Positions 17,977 to 27,948 are shown, numbered from the stretch's first letter. The stretch: 64,000 nt of DNA from Gemmatimonadota bacterium (GCA_965116475.1 OZ220691.1:1536001-1600000), one strand, 5' to 3'. Translations and numbers: made by a program. The notes: generated by a model not told the origin, from the letters alone.

Positions 17977-20900
17977 CTAGCGCCTCCACTGGTCCGCGGA
18001 TGGGAGGCCGCGGGAGATGACAATCTCGAGGTCGGGGGCGTCCGGGAGGATGGACGCGAGGGAGGCCGTGCTGGAGGCCGGGTCGGCCGCGGCTCCGGCG
18101 AGCGTGCCGAGGCCGCCCTGGCCGCCGTCGAGGCTCGCGAGGTCGCGCAGGATCCCGCGGACCTGGCCCGTCCTCGGGTCGCGGAGGATGGCCGTCGGCG
18201 TCCCGTCCGCGCCGTCCAGCGTAGCGGTCCCTCCGGGCCCGGCGAGAATCACGGTCGCCAGTCGATCCGCCCACGCCGGCGACGCAGGAAGGGCGAAAAC
18301 GAAGCCCGACTCCCCGTCGCCGTCCGCCATCTCCTGCATGTCGAAGTTCAGCGAGAACAAAGCCTCGCCTTCGGTGCTCATCCCTGTGAGGGTGTACGGC
18401 CCCCCGGCTCTTGGAAGCGTCGGCGGAGCGTCGACGACGAACGCCGGCTCCAGGAACGGCACGCCGTCGGCGTCGGCGCGGCCCCACAGCAGGAGGGTCC
18501 GCGCCACGCTGGCCCGTGCCGCCGCCGCTTCGCCCTCCCCCGCCGCCGCGCCCTCCTCGCGGAGGCGGTGATCGAACGCCTTGCTGAAGCTGAAGTCGCT
18601 GATCCACTTCGGTCCGCAGTAGGACATGAGGTCGGACGTCTTGGGAGCGACGAGTGAACTGTCGTAGCGGTTGAATCCCCACACTCCGATCGTTCCGTCT
18701 CTGGTCGGGAAACCGGGATCCGGGCCTCCCGCACCTCCGCAGGGGGCATGCTGGAGGCTCATGTTGTGTCCGAGTTCATGTGCGATCGTAATAGTGCGGA
18801 CACGCGAGAAACTGACCTGGCCGCCGCGCATTGCCAGGCCGGCATAGCCCGTTTCGGATACGAGATACCGGGGGATCCCGCCCATGTAGTAGCCCGTTCC
18901 GCCCTCCAATACGCGAATCGCCTCGATCTCCGAGAGCAATTCGCCGCCCGTTCGCGCCGAGGTATACACCACCTCGTGTACGGCGAGGGTGAAATCGCCG
19001 ACGGGCAGCCATTCCTTCATCCCCCGAAACAGCGTGTCGGCTTCCGTCAGGTCCGCGACGCGGCTCAGGAAGTCGCCGGACTCCCGGTCGGGGCGGACGA
19101 AGGGCAGATACGTGAGGTGAAGCGCCGGCACCGCTCGCACGTCGATGGCCTGGCGGCCGGTGGCCGGGATTCGCTTCGCGGTACCAGGGCTGGGTCCAAG
19201 CGTGTCCTCCGGGTCGACTTCCACCACGAGTTCCAGACCCGGTCGAACAACGTCGGGCGGGATCGCGACATTCGCCGACGCCTCGAGTCGGCCTTCTTCC
19301 ACTCGGGACGGCACTGTGAGCGCCGACCCCGGAATTTCCACCGTGTGGATCTCGGCGTCCGCCAGAAAAAAGCGCGCGCGCACAGGTGGAAAGAACCCGG
19401 CCGTCTCGCCGTCGAGAGCGGTGAGGAAAACGCGAAGCAGGGCCGGCCGGCCCGCCACCAGCGGAACCGGAAACTCGAACGACTGCACGGCCTGCGTCAG
19501 ATACACGGGCGCTACGTCGTCCTCGCAGCGGGGCACGCGCGGGGCTCGCAGCGTCCGAAGCCAGGCTTGAAAGCCCGGATCCGCGGGAGTGCACAGCGCC
19601 GTGCCGCCGGCGTTGAGCGTCGTGAGCTGCCCCAGATCCTTGAGGCCCACCGGGAGCACGCCCGACAACTGCGGGTTGCCGTTCACGGTCAGTTCCCTCA
19701 ACCAGGCGAGCTCCGACAGTTCCGCCGGGACCGGACCCGACAGATCGTTCTGCGAAAGGGAGAGGAGTTTGAGATACCCCAGGTTGCCCAGGCTCGGCGG
19801 GATGGGGCCGCGCAGGGCGTTTCGCTCCAGCTTCAGTTCCCCGAGCAGCCGGAGATCTCCGAGTTCGACGGGGACCGGGCCCTCCAGGTCGTTGGACCAC
19901 AGCTCCAGGCTCCGGAGTTGCGAGAGGCCGCCGATCTCCGGTGGAATGGGACCCGTCAGCGCGTTGTGCGCCAAATCCAACTCCCAGAGCCCGGAGAGGC
20001 GGCCGATCTCCGGCGGAATCGGACCCGTCAGATCGTTGTAGTCCAGCAACAGCTGCCTGAGCGCGGGAAGGTCTCCGAAGTCAGCGGGAATCGCACCCTC
20101 GAGGTCGTTCGCGCGCAGCACCAAGCGTTCGAGTTGCCCGAGGCGGCCGATCTCGCGCGGGATCGGACCCGTCAGATCGTTGCCGCCGAGGTCCAACTCC
20201 GTAAGCCCGGAGAGGCGGCCGATCTCCGGCGGAATCGAACCCGTCAGATCGTTGCCGCCGAGGTCCAATTCCCAGAGCCCGGAGAGGCTGCCGATCTCCG
20301 GCGGAATCGGACCCGTTAGATCGTTGCCGCCGAAGCTCAACGCTCTGAGCCTCGCGAGTTGACCGATCTCCGGCGGAATCGGGCCCGTCAGATCGTTGTC
20401 GCTCAACCACAATCGGCTGAGCGCCTCAAGGTCGCCGAGTTCGGGCAGAATCGCGCCGGTCAGTTCATTGGACCACAGCCCCAGGCCTCGGAGCCTCGAC
20501 AGCCGGCCGATCTCCGGTGGAATCGGACCCGTCAGCGCGTTGTTGCTGAGGTGCAACTGCGTGAGGTTGGAAAGGCGACCGATCTGAGGCGGGATGCGGC
20601 CACCGAGCTGGTTGGAAATCAACTCCAGCGTTCGGAGTTGCGAGAGCCCGCCGATCTCTGGTGGAATCGGACCCGTCAGCGCGTTCTTCCCGAGGTCCAG
20701 ATCCCTGAGCTCGGCGAAGTGGCCGATCTGGGGCGGGATCCGACCCTCGAGATCGTTGTCTCGAAGTCGGAGCCGCGTGACCCGGCCATCGGTGTCGGTA
20801 TCGACCCCATGCCAATAGATGAGCGGTACGTCGCTGAGCCAGTTTCTGCTGTTCTTCCAGCCCGCACCGTTCGTCGCCTCGTAGAGAGCAATGAGGGCCG

Positions 20901-21024
20901 CTCGGTCCGTCGATGAGTCGGTCGACTCCGGTATCCCTGGCAGAAGCTCCATCGGGCCGGCATCCCCGCAGGCCAGGAGAGGCAGCAGGACGACAACGGC
21001 CGCTCGAAGACGGACGTATCGCAT
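17977..21024 (-). CDS. Lipoprotein with about 16 plant-type LRRs and an M66-like metzincin metallopeptidase domain
   Basis: Lipobox LLAC; cap DRAALIALYEATNG..W; 24-aa repeats LxLxxNxLTGPIPPEIG; HELGHNMSLQH zinc motif and DLMSYC Met-turn. Confidence 0.85.
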   Translation of the reverse strand: MRYVRLRAAVVVLLPLLACGDAGPMELLPGIPESTDSSTDRAALIALYEATNGAGWKNSRNWLSDVPLIYWHGVDTDTDGRVTRLRLRDNDLEGRIPPQIGHFAELRDLDLGKNALTGPIPPEIGGLSQLRTLELISNQLGGRIPPQIGRLSNLTQLHLSNNALTGPIPPEIGRLSRLRGLGLWSNELTGAILPELGDLEALSRLWLSDNDLTGPIPPEIGQLARLRALSFGGNDLTGPIPPEIGSLSGLWELDLGGNDLTGSIPPEIGRLSGLTELDLGGNDLTGPIPREIGRLGQLERLVLRANDLEGAIPADFGDLPALRQLLLDYNDLTGPIPPEIGRLSGLWELDLAHNALTGPIPPEIGGLSQLRSLELWSNDLEGPVPVELGDLRLLGELKLERNALRGPIPPSLGNLGYLKLLSLSQNDLSGPVPAELSELAWLRELTVNGNPQLSGVLPVGLKDLGQLTTLNAGGTALCTPADPGFQAWLRTLRAPRVPRCEDDVAPVYLTQAVQSFEFPVPLVAGRPALLRVFLTALDGETAGFFPPVRARFFLADAEIHTVEIPGSALTVPSRVEEGRLEASANVAIPPDVVRPGLELVVEVDPEDTLGPSPGTAKRIPATGRQAIDVRAVPALHLTYLPFVRPDRESGDFLSRVADLTEADTLFRGMKEWLPVGDFTLAVHEVVYTSARTGGELLSEIEAIRVLEGGTGYYMGGIPRYLVSETGYAGLAMRGGQVSFSRVRTITIAHELGHNMSLQHAPCGGAGGPDPGFPTRDGTIGVWGFNRYDSSLVAPKTSDLMSYCGPKWISDFSFSKAFDHRLREEGAAAGEGEAAAARASVARTLLLWGRADADGVPFLEPAFVVDAPPTLPRAGGPYTLTGMSTEGEALFSLNFDMQEMADGDGESGFVFALPASPAWADRLATVILAGPGGTATLDGADGTPTAILRDPRTGQVRGILRDLASLDGGQGGLGTLAGAAADPASSTASLASILPDAPDLEIVISRGLPSADQWRR

Positions 21025-21028
21025 CGGC

Positions 21029-23977
21029 CTAGCGCCTCCACTGGTCGGCCGAGGGAAGACCTCGGGAGACCAGCACCTCGAGGTCGGCGGCGTCCGGGAG
21101 GATGGACGCGAGGATGGACGCGAGGGAGGCCGCGCTGGAGGTCGGGTCGTCCGCGGCACCGGCGAGCGTGCCGAGGCCTCCCTGACCAGCATCGAGGGCC
21201 GCGAGGTCGCGCACGATCGCGCGTACCCGACCCGTCCGGGGGTCGCGGAGAATGGCCGCAGGCGGACCGTTCGCCCCTGACAGCGTCGCCGTCCCTCCCG
21301 GCCCGGCGAGCACCACCGTCGCCAACCGGTCCGCCCACGCCGGCGGCGCCGGAAGGGCGAAGACGAACCCCGACTCTTCGTTCCCGTCCGCCATCTCCTG
21401 CATGTCGAAGCTCAGCGAGAACAACGTCTCCCCCGCGACGCCAAGCCCGGTAAGCGTGTACGGCCCCCCGGACCGGGGAAGCGTCGGCGGAGCGTCGACG
21501 ACGAAGGCCGGCTCCAGGAACGGCACGCCGTCCGAGTCGGCGCGGCCCCACAGCAGGAGAGTCCGCGCGACGGTGGCGTGTGCTGCCGCCGCTTCGCCCT
21601 CCGATTCTCCCTCCGCCCGGACGCGGTGGTCGAACGCCTTCGTGAAGCTGTAGTCGCTGACCCAGCGCGGCCGGCAGTACGACATGAAGTCGGGTCTATA
21701 CGGACCGACGAGCGAGCTGTCGGAACTATTGAAGCCCCAGGCGCCGATCGCTCCACCGCGGGCCGGGAAGGCGGGATCCGGCCCGCCGGCGCCGCCGCAG
21801 GGCGCATGCCGGAGGCTCATGTTGTGCCCGAGTTCGTGCGCCACGGTCGTGGAATCGAGACTCGAGATGCTCGTCCGGCCGCCGATGAATCCCCGCCCCC
21901 CGACGCCGAGGTCTTCGACGAGATTGGGGGGCAGCCCGCCCATGTAGTAGCCGGTTTCGCCTTCGAGCACGCGAATCGCCTCGATCTCCGCCATCAGCTC
22001 GCTGCTCGTCCGCGCCGTAGTGTATATGGGCTGACGCACCTCCACGGTGAATTCAGCGATCGGCAGCCACTGTCGCGTCGGCCAGAACAGGGGATCGTCC
22101 TCCGTCAGGTCCCGGACACGGCTCAGGAAGTCTTCGGACGGCTCCGGGGGACGGACGACGGGCAGATACGTGAGCCGCAGCGGAGGCACGGTTCGGGTGC
22201 CGATGGCCTGGCGGCCGGTCTCGGGGATCCGCCTCGTGATTCCGGAGCCGAGACCCAGCGTTTCGTCCGGGTCGACCTCGACCACGAGTTCCAGACCGGG
22301 CTGAACGACAGTCGCGGGGATGGCGACGTTCGCCGACCAGTCGAGTCTACCCTCTTCAACCCGGTACGGAACCGTGCCTGCCGGGCCCGGGATGTCCACG
22401 GCGTGAACCTCTTCATCCTCAAGGTAGAAGCTGGCGCGCACGGGCGGGAAGGCGACCGATTCCCCGGACGGAGCCGTGAGGAACACGCGCAGCAGGGCCG
22501 ACCGGTCCGCCACCAGCGGAACCGGGAACTCGAACGATTGCACGGACTGCGTGAGGTAGGCGGGTGACGGGTCGTTCCCGCACAGAGCCACCCGCTGACT
22601 CTCCAGGGTACCGAGCCAGGCCAGGAATTCGGGATCGGCGGGGGCGCACAGGCTCGTGCCGCCGGCGTGAAGCGTGGTGAGACGCTCGAGACCCCGCAGG
22701 CCGGCCGGAAGGAGACCCGACAGGTACGGATTCCCGTTCAGATACAACTCCGTCAGCGTAACGAGACCGGACAGTTCGGCCGGCACCTCGCCGGACAGCG
22801 CATTGTGCGAGAGTGCGAGTTCTTCGATCGACCGCAGTCGTCCCAGAGAGGCGGGGATGGATCCGCTCAGTTGGTTGTTCTCCAGCCGCATTTCCCTGAG
22901 CGCCGCGAGGTCTCCGAGCGCCGAGGGGATCGAGTCCGAGAGAGCGTTGCCCCAGAGCCCCAGGATCCGGAGTTCCGACAGCCTGCCGATCTCCGGCGGG
23001 AGCGGCCCGCTCAGAACGTTACGGTTCGCATAAAATTCATGAAGGCTGGTGAGATTACCGATCTCGGGCGGGATGGAGCCCGTCAAGTCGTTGTAGCCCA
23101 GGTACAGGATGCGAAGCTCGGAGAGACTGCCGAGTTCGGGCGGGATCGGACCCCTCAGGTCATTGTTCCACAGCGAGAGCGTTTCGAGCCGCGACAGTCT
23201 TCCCAGTTCCGGCGGGATGGACCAGGCCAGGTCGTTGTGTTCCAGCCGCAGCCGCGTGAGGGCGGCGAGGTCTCCGACTTCGCGGGGGATCGCGCCCTCG
23301 AGGTCGTTGGACCAAAGATCGAGGACCCGGAGTTCGGGGAGCTGGCCGATCAGCGCAGGAATCGGGCCGGTCAGCGCGTTGTCGTGGAGGTACAACTCCG
23401 TGAGCCCGGGGAGGTGACCGATCACGGCCGGGATCGGTCCCGCCAGGTCGTTCTCGCCGAGTTCCAGCTTCGTAACGCGGCCGTCGGCGTCTACTTCGAC
23501 CCCGTACCAGTCCGCGAGCGGCGCGTCGCTGAGCCAGTTGCTCGCGTTCTTCCACCCCGCACCTTTCGTCGTCTCGTACAGGGCCCTGAGGACGACCCGG
23601 TCCGTGGATGCGTTGTCGACGTTCACGACCGCCATCGCCGTGGCGGCGCCCGCCGTCGCCGTCACCGTCGTCTCTCCGCTCCCGACGGCCGTTACGAGCC
23701 CCTTCGCGTCGACGGTGGCCGTGGAGGGATCGGCCGACCGCCAGATCACCGCGACTCCGGACATCGGGCGGGCGTCCTGGTCGCGGACCGTCGCGGTGAG
23801 GTGGAAGCTGACGCCCCGCCACAGCGTCACGGTGGACGGCGCAATCGAAATCGACGTCGGGACGGGGCGCGGGGGCGCCGCCGGGTCGTCCGCGCAGCCC
23901 AGGAGGGCCACGACAAGGACCGCGAGGAGGGCCACGAGAAGGGCCGGGATCGCGCGACACCCGCGGACGCTCCGCAT
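21029..23977 (-). CDS. Lipoprotein with Ig-like (Big_2) domain, about 11 LRRs and an M66-like metallopeptidase domain
   Basis: Lipobox LLGC; WRSADPSTATVDAKGLVTAVGSGETTVTATAG Ig-like motif; LRRs; HELGHNMSLRH and DFMSYC; tandem paralog of 17977-21024. Confidence 0.85.
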   Translation of the reverse strand: MRSVRGCRAIPALLVALLAVLVVALLGCADDPAAPPRPVPTSISIAPSTVTLWRGVSFHLTATVRDQDARPMSGVAVIWRSADPSTATVDAKGLVTAVGSGETTVTATAGAATAMAVVNVDNASTDRVVLRALYETTKGAGWKNASNWLSDAPLADWYGVEVDADGRVTKLELGENDLAGPIPAVIGHLPGLTELYLHDNALTGPIPALIGQLPELRVLDLWSNDLEGAIPREVGDLAALTRLRLEHNDLAWSIPPELGRLSRLETLSLWNNDLRGPIPPELGSLSELRILYLGYNDLTGSIPPEIGNLTSLHEFYANRNVLSGPLPPEIGRLSELRILGLWGNALSDSIPSALGDLAALREMRLENNQLSGSIPASLGRLRSIEELALSHNALSGEVPAELSGLVTLTELYLNGNPYLSGLLPAGLRGLERLTTLHAGGTSLCAPADPEFLAWLGTLESQRVALCGNDPSPAYLTQSVQSFEFPVPLVADRSALLRVFLTAPSGESVAFPPVRASFYLEDEEVHAVDIPGPAGTVPYRVEEGRLDWSANVAIPATVVQPGLELVVEVDPDETLGLGSGITRRIPETGRQAIGTRTVPPLRLTYLPVVRPPEPSEDFLSRVRDLTEDDPLFWPTRQWLPIAEFTVEVRQPIYTTARTSSELMAEIEAIRVLEGETGYYMGGLPPNLVEDLGVGGRGFIGGRTSISSLDSTTVAHELGHNMSLRHAPCGGAGGPDPAFPARGGAIGAWGFNSSDSSLVGPYRPDFMSYCRPRWVSDYSFTKAFDHRVRAEGESEGEAAAAHATVARTLLLWGRADSDGVPFLEPAFVVDAPPTLPRSGGPYTLTGLGVAGETLFSLSFDMQEMADGNEESGFVFALPAPPAWADRLATVVLAGPGGTATLSGANGPPAAILRDPRTGRVRAIVRDLAALDAGQGGLGTLAGAADDPTSSAASLASILASILPDAADLEVLVSRGLPSADQWRR

Positions 23978-23980
23978 GAG

Positions 23981-25294
23981 CTACCGGCGGCCGGCGGGGA
24001 CCAGTCGCACGATGCCCGTCGGCGGGCCGTCCACGTCCCGCGTCTCCCCGTCGATGGCGAGGTAGATGAACCCGTCCGGTCCCTGGCGGACGTCGCGGAT
24101 GCGGCCGATTCCCTGCAGCAGCGTCTCCTCGTGCGTCACCTCCCGGCCCTCCATCCGCAGCCGCGCGAGGCGCCGCCCGCTGAGACCGCCGACGAGCATG
24201 TCGCCGCGCCACGCCGGGAACGCGTCGCCCGTGTAGAAGAGCATCCCGGAGACGCCGATCGAGGGGACCCAGATGTGCTCCGGCGGCTCCATCTCCTCCA
24301 TGAGGGTCGCCGAGTGGATGCGCGAGCCGGTGCGGTAGTTCACGCCGTAGCCGACGACGGGCCAGCCGTAGTTGAGGCCCGGCTCGATCAGGTTCAGCTC
24401 GTCCCCGCCCTGCGGGCCGTGCTCGTTCTGCCACAAGTCGCCGGTTTCGGGATGGACCGCCATCCCCTGCGCGTTGCGGTGGCCCCACGTCCAGATCTCG
24501 GGGTGGACCTCGGGGTGGATCTCGTCGCGGATCTCGTCGTCGCCCGCGAGTCCCACGAACGGGTTGTCCTCGGGGATCCGGCCGTCGTCGTGGATGCGGA
24601 TCGTGCTGCCGTTGTGGTTGGAGAGGTTCTGGGCGGGGTGCGCCTCGAGTTCGCCCGCCGGGGGCCACTGCCGGTCGCCCAGCGTCATGAACAGGTAGTT
24701 GTCGTGGTCGAAGACGAGGCGTCCGCCCCACATCGAACTGCGCTCGGTCCCGTTGCCGGGCGCGTCCGCGTGGAACAGCTCCTCGACGTCGCTCAGCCGG
24801 TCGTTCTCGAAGCGGCCGCGGGCGATGGCGATCGTGCCCAGCGAATCGGGCCCCGGCTTCACGTAACTCAGGTAGAGGAGCCGGTTCGTCTCGAAGTCGG
24901 GGTGCAGGATCGCGTCGCGCAGCCCCGCCTGTTCGAAGCCGGCCATGGAACGGGCGCCGCGCCCGAGGGCCCGGATCGGCGGCAGGCCGTCCACGGAGTC
25001 CGGGAGCAGGACGCCGTCGCGGATGATGCGGAGCCGGCCGGGACGTTCCGTCACGAGGAGGTCGCCCTCGGGCGTGAAGGCCATCGAGAACGGGCGCACG
25101 AGCCCATCCGCCACCTCTTCCACGCGGAAGTCGTGCAGCGCCGTCCGGACAACGCCGTCGTCTCCCGCCGGGTCTTCACCGCCGGGGGCGCACGCGGCGA
25201 CGGTCCAGGCGGCGGTCAGGAGCGATGCGGCGAGGAAACGGGGGCAGCGGGGATGGCTCATCCGGGGATCGTCCGTCCGTGTCAGGGGAGTCAT
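23981..25294 (-). CDS. PQQ-dependent sugar dehydrogenase (GSDH/YliI family) lipoprotein
   Basis: VTERPGRLR, WGHRNAQG, EHGPQGGDELN, NYGWP and GRIRDVRQGPDG motifs; lipobox VAAC. Start may be the ATG at 25261. Confidence 0.9.
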   Translation of the reverse strand: MTPLTRTDDPRMSHPRCPRFLAASLLTAAWTVAACAPGGEDPAGDDGVVRTALHDFRVEEVADGLVRPFSMAFTPEGDLLVTERPGRLRIIRDGVLLPDSVDGLPPIRALGRGARSMAGFEQAGLRDAILHPDFETNRLLYLSYVKPGPDSLGTIAIARGRFENDRLSDVEELFHADAPGNGTERSSMWGGRLVFDHDNYLFMTLGDRQWPPAGELEAHPAQNLSNHNGSTIRIHDDGRIPEDNPFVGLAGDDEIRDEIHPEVHPEIWTWGHRNAQGMAVHPETGDLWQNEHGPQGGDELNLIEPGLNYGWPVVGYGVNYRTGSRIHSATLMEEMEPPEHIWVPSIGVSGMLFYTGDAFPAWRGDMLVGGLSGRRLARLRMEGREVTHEETLLQGIGRIRDVRQGPDGFIYLAIDGETRDVDGPPTGIVRLVPAGRR

Positions 25295-25295
25295 T
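25265..25295 (+). repeat. 31-bp imperfect direct repeat, left flank of dinJ-yafQ
   Basis: gggatcgtccgtccgtgtcaggggagtcatt; partner at 25951-25981, 28/31 identical. Confidence 0.85.
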
Positions 25296-25626
25296 TGAAG
25301 AGTTCGGCGTGGGTGCCAGCGCGAACAAAGTTGATGGAGCCGCTCGGCTTCGGCGAATCATCGACCTGGTAGATCAGGAGGAAATCCCCGCCGACATGGC
25401 ACTCGCGGTGATTCGCCCATGCGCCTTTCAGCGCGTGATCCCTCCGTTCCGGACCCAGCGGGACGTCGTTGGCAATGAGGTCGAGCATGACCGCCTTGAG
25501 TCGATTCAGATCGTATCGGCCGGAACGCGAGAGACGCTCCCAGTCCTTGAGAAACCCCCGCGTAAAGTCGACGCGGCGCGGCGGGCGCGCCCGCTTACTG
25601 GCTGCCGGCTTCTTCAAGCTCCGCAA
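25291..25626 (-). CDS. yafQ: Type II toxin, YafQ family (RelE superfamily)
   Basis: DHALKGAWANHRECHVGGDFLLIY and RAGTHAELF motifs; downstream of dinJ. Exact start uncertain. Confidence 0.9.
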   Translation of the reverse strand: MRSLKKPAASKRARPPRRVDFTRGFLKDWERLSRSGRYDLNRLKAVMLDLIANDVPLGPERRDHALKGAWANHRECHVGGDFLLIYQVDDSPKPSGSINFVRAGTHAELFK

Positions 25627-25876
25627 ACATCTCGTCCGCGCTGGCGAATCTGGCCGTCCCCCGCCTCATCATTTCCTCCGATTCGGCCATCGCCCGTCGG
25701 GTCTCGGTGTTCGGCACCTTCAGTTCAAGGGGGAAGGCTTGATCGACCGCGATTCGGTGGAAGAACAGCCGCACCGCCTCCGAGGCCGTTAGCCCCATGG
25801 CCGCGAGTGCTGCCGTCGCCTTCTGCTTCATCTCCGTGTCCATCCGGACATGGAGCATCGAACTGTTCGTCTTCAT
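25595..25876 (-). CDS. dinJ: Type II antitoxin, RelB/DinJ family
   Basis: LHVRMDTEMKQKA..LAAMGLTASEAVRLFFHRI..FPLELKVPNTETRRAM pattern; GGGAGG RBS. Confidence 0.9.
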   Translation of the reverse strand: MKTNSSMLHVRMDTEMKQKATAALAAMGLTASEAVRLFFHRIAVDQAFPLELKVPNTETRRAMAESEEMMRRGTARFASADEMFAELEEAGSQ

Positions 25877-25889
25877 CCGAACCTCCCGT

Positions 25890-25903
25890 ATCGCAATTGC
25901 GAT
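25890..25903. promoter_or_regulatory. Palindromic operator upstream of dinJ
   Basis: Perfect 14-bp palindrome atcgcaattgcgat 13 bp upstream of the dinJ ATG. Autoregulation is inferred from the family. Confidence 0.65.
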
Positions 25904-25950
25904 GCAAGCTGGCTTTCTTGCCTCATCCGGTCAACTCGGGGGCCGGAGGC

Positions 25951-25981
25951 GGGATCGTTCGTCCGTGTCTGGGGAGCCATT
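25951..25981 (+). repeat. 31-bp imperfect direct repeat, right flank of dinJ-yafQ
   Basis: gggatcgttcgtccgtgtctggggagccatt. Confidence 0.85.
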
Positions 25982-26029
25982 CGGCCTCTATACTTGTGGC
26001 GTCCCACAGGAGCCTGACAGGAGGCAGAC

Positions 26030-27352
26030 ATGCTGCGCGCCCACGCCGTCACATCGATTCCCGCCCTTCGTCCCGCCCTTCGCCCCGCCTTCCTCGCGAC
26101 CGCCGCAGCCCTCATGGTCGGTTGCGCGGCGGATGGCGGTGGAGACGCGACGGATGGGGATGGAGTCGCCACCGGCGCGGTCGCCTACGAGGGGGCGCGC
26201 GTGATCGCGGGCGATGGTTCGGTCATCGAATCTGGTGTATTCGTCGTCGAAGCCGGGCAGTTCGCCGCCGTCGGGGCGAGCGGGGAGGTCGAGGTGCCGG
26301 ACGGCGCGGCGCGGGTGGACCTCGGCGGCAAGACGGTCATGCCGGCGATCGTGAACGCGCACCTCCACCTCTCCTCCGAACGCGAGGAGCGGATCGAGCA
26401 ACTCCAGCACATGGCGTACTACGGGGCGGGAGCCGTCGTGAGCCTCGGGACGGAGACCGGCGGCATCGGGATCGAGATGCGCGACGAGGTCATCCCGGAC
26501 GCGGCGCGCGCGAAGACGGCCGACCGCGGGATCACGACGCCCGAGCCCGGCCGCTCCGAGGCCCCCCACTGGATCGAGACGGAGGACGAGGGGCGGGCCG
26601 CGGTCCGCGAACTGGCGGAGCGGCAGGCCGACATCGTGAAGATCTGGGTGGACGACCGCGGGGGGCGCTACGAGCAACTCTCCCCGGCACTCTATCGCGC
26701 GATCATCGACGAGGCGCACAGTCACGGCCTCATGGTGACGGCGCACGTCTTCTACCTGGAGGACGCCAAGGAACTCCTGCGCGCGGGCGTGGACGTGTTC
26801 GCGCACGGCGTGCGGGACCTCGACGCGGACGACGAACTCATGGAACTGTGGGCCGAGCGCCCGGAGGTCGTCCTCGTCCCCAACCTTCCGGGGCCGGGCG
26901 TGGCCCTCGACCTGAGCTGGCTGAGCGGCACCGTGCCCGCCGACCGGCTGGCCGAGATGCAGGCGGCGTCCGCCGACAACCCCGCCGCGCAGGAGTCGTT
27001 CGGCATCCAGGCGCGGAACCTCGCCCGCTTCGCCGAGGCCGGCATCAGGATCTCTTTCGGCACCGACGGCAACGCCGCCTGGGCCGTGCACCAGGAGATG
27101 GAGGACATGGTCCGCGCCGGTCTGACCCCCGGCGACGTCATCGTCGCGGCGACGAAGACGTCCGCCGAACTGATGAACTGGGACGACCTCGGCGAGGTCG
27201 CGGCCGGCAAGAGCGCCGACTTCATCGTGCTGGACGCGAACCCGCTCGACGACATCACGAACACGCGCCGGATCGACGCCGTCTACCTGAGGGGCGACAT
27301 GGTCGACCGGGAGGGGATCAGCGCCCGCCTGCTCGCGGCCGGGACCGAGTGA
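26030..27352 (+). CDS. Amidohydrolase family lipoprotein
   Basis: Lipobox MVGC; NAHLH metal motif; TAHV, FAHG, FGTDG and GKSADFIVLDANPLDDI motifs. Confidence 0.88.
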   Translation: MLRAHAVTSIPALRPALRPAFLATAAALMVGCAADGGGDATDGDGVATGAVAYEGARVIAGDGSVIESGVFVVEAGQFAAVGASGEVEVPDGAARVDLGGKTVMPAIVNAHLHLSSEREERIEQLQHMAYYGAGAVVSLGTETGGIGIEMRDEVIPDAARAKTADRGITTPEPGRSEAPHWIETEDEGRAAVRELAERQADIVKIWVDDRGGRYEQLSPALYRAIIDEAHSHGLMVTAHVFYLEDAKELLRAGVDVFAHGVRDLDADDELMELWAERPEVVLVPNLPGPGVALDLSWLSGTVPADRLAEMQAASADNPAAQESFGIQARNLARFAEAGIRISFGTDGNAAWAVHQEMEDMVRAGLTPGDVIVAATKTSAELMNWDDLGEVAAGKSADFIVLDANPLDDITNTRRIDAVYLRGDMVDREGISARLLAAGTE

Positions 27353-27948
27353 TCGAACTCCGGCCCGTGACCCTCGAGGGGCACGGCGTCCGCCTCGAAC
27401 CGATGGGTCTCGAGCACGCCGCCGCACTCGCCGAGGCCGCCGCGGACGGGGAGTTGTGGAACCTCTTCTTCACCTTCGTCCCGGCTCCGGACGAAGTGAC
27501 CGACTACATCGAGGCCGCGCTCGAGGGCCAGACCGCCGGCCACATGCTGCCGTGGGTCGTCCGGCTCGCGGACGCCGGAGCGGTGATCGGCTCCACCCGC
27601 TACCACGACATCCTGCCGCACGTCGACCGGGTCGAGATCGGCTACACCTGGTACGGCGCGAGCCACCAGCGCACGCACGTCAACACCGCGTGCAAGCTCC
27701 TCCTCATGACGCACGCCTTCGAGACGGTGGGCTGCGGGGTGGTGGGACTGCGCACGGACGGCCTGAACCTGCGCTCTCAGCGGGCCATCGAGGCGCTGGG
27801 CGCGAAGAAGGACGGCGTCCTGCGCAACCACTCGCTGCGCCGCGACGGAAGCGTGCGCGACGACGCGATGTACTCCGTCCTGCTCCACGAATGGCCCGGG
27901 ATCAAGCGCCACCTCGAAACCCGCCTCTGGCGCCACCGTGACAAATGA
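27349..27948 (+). CDS. GNAT family N-acetyltransferase (RimL-like)
   Basis: GTG overlaps the upstream stop; GSTRY, EIGYTW..QRTHVNT and NLRSQRAIEALGA motifs. Confidence 0.88.
   Translation: MIELRPVTLEGHGVRLEPMGLEHAAALAEAAADGELWNLFFTFVPAPDEVTDYIEAALEGQTAGHMLPWVVRLADAGAVIGSTRYHDILPHVDRVEIGYTWYGASHQRTHVNTACKLLLMTHAFETVGCGVVGLRTDGLNLRSQRAIEALGAKKDGVLRNHSLRRDGSVRDDAMYSVLLHEWPGIKRHLETRLWRHRDK

Noticed and set aside
17977..21610. Similar 3' ends of the two LRR genes as a DGR template/variable pair
   Set aside because: Differences are mostly synonymous and not adenine-specific, both copies are coding, and there is no reverse transcriptase in the window.
19640..23470. 72-bp periodic repeats as a CRISPR array
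   Set aside because: They are in-frame LRR codons with degenerate units, and there are no cas genes.
25225..27948. 907-aa ORF as a large GNAT fusion
   Set aside because: Only the last 199 codons are GNAT. The rest is off-frame or antisense overlap with the TA and amidohydrolase genes.
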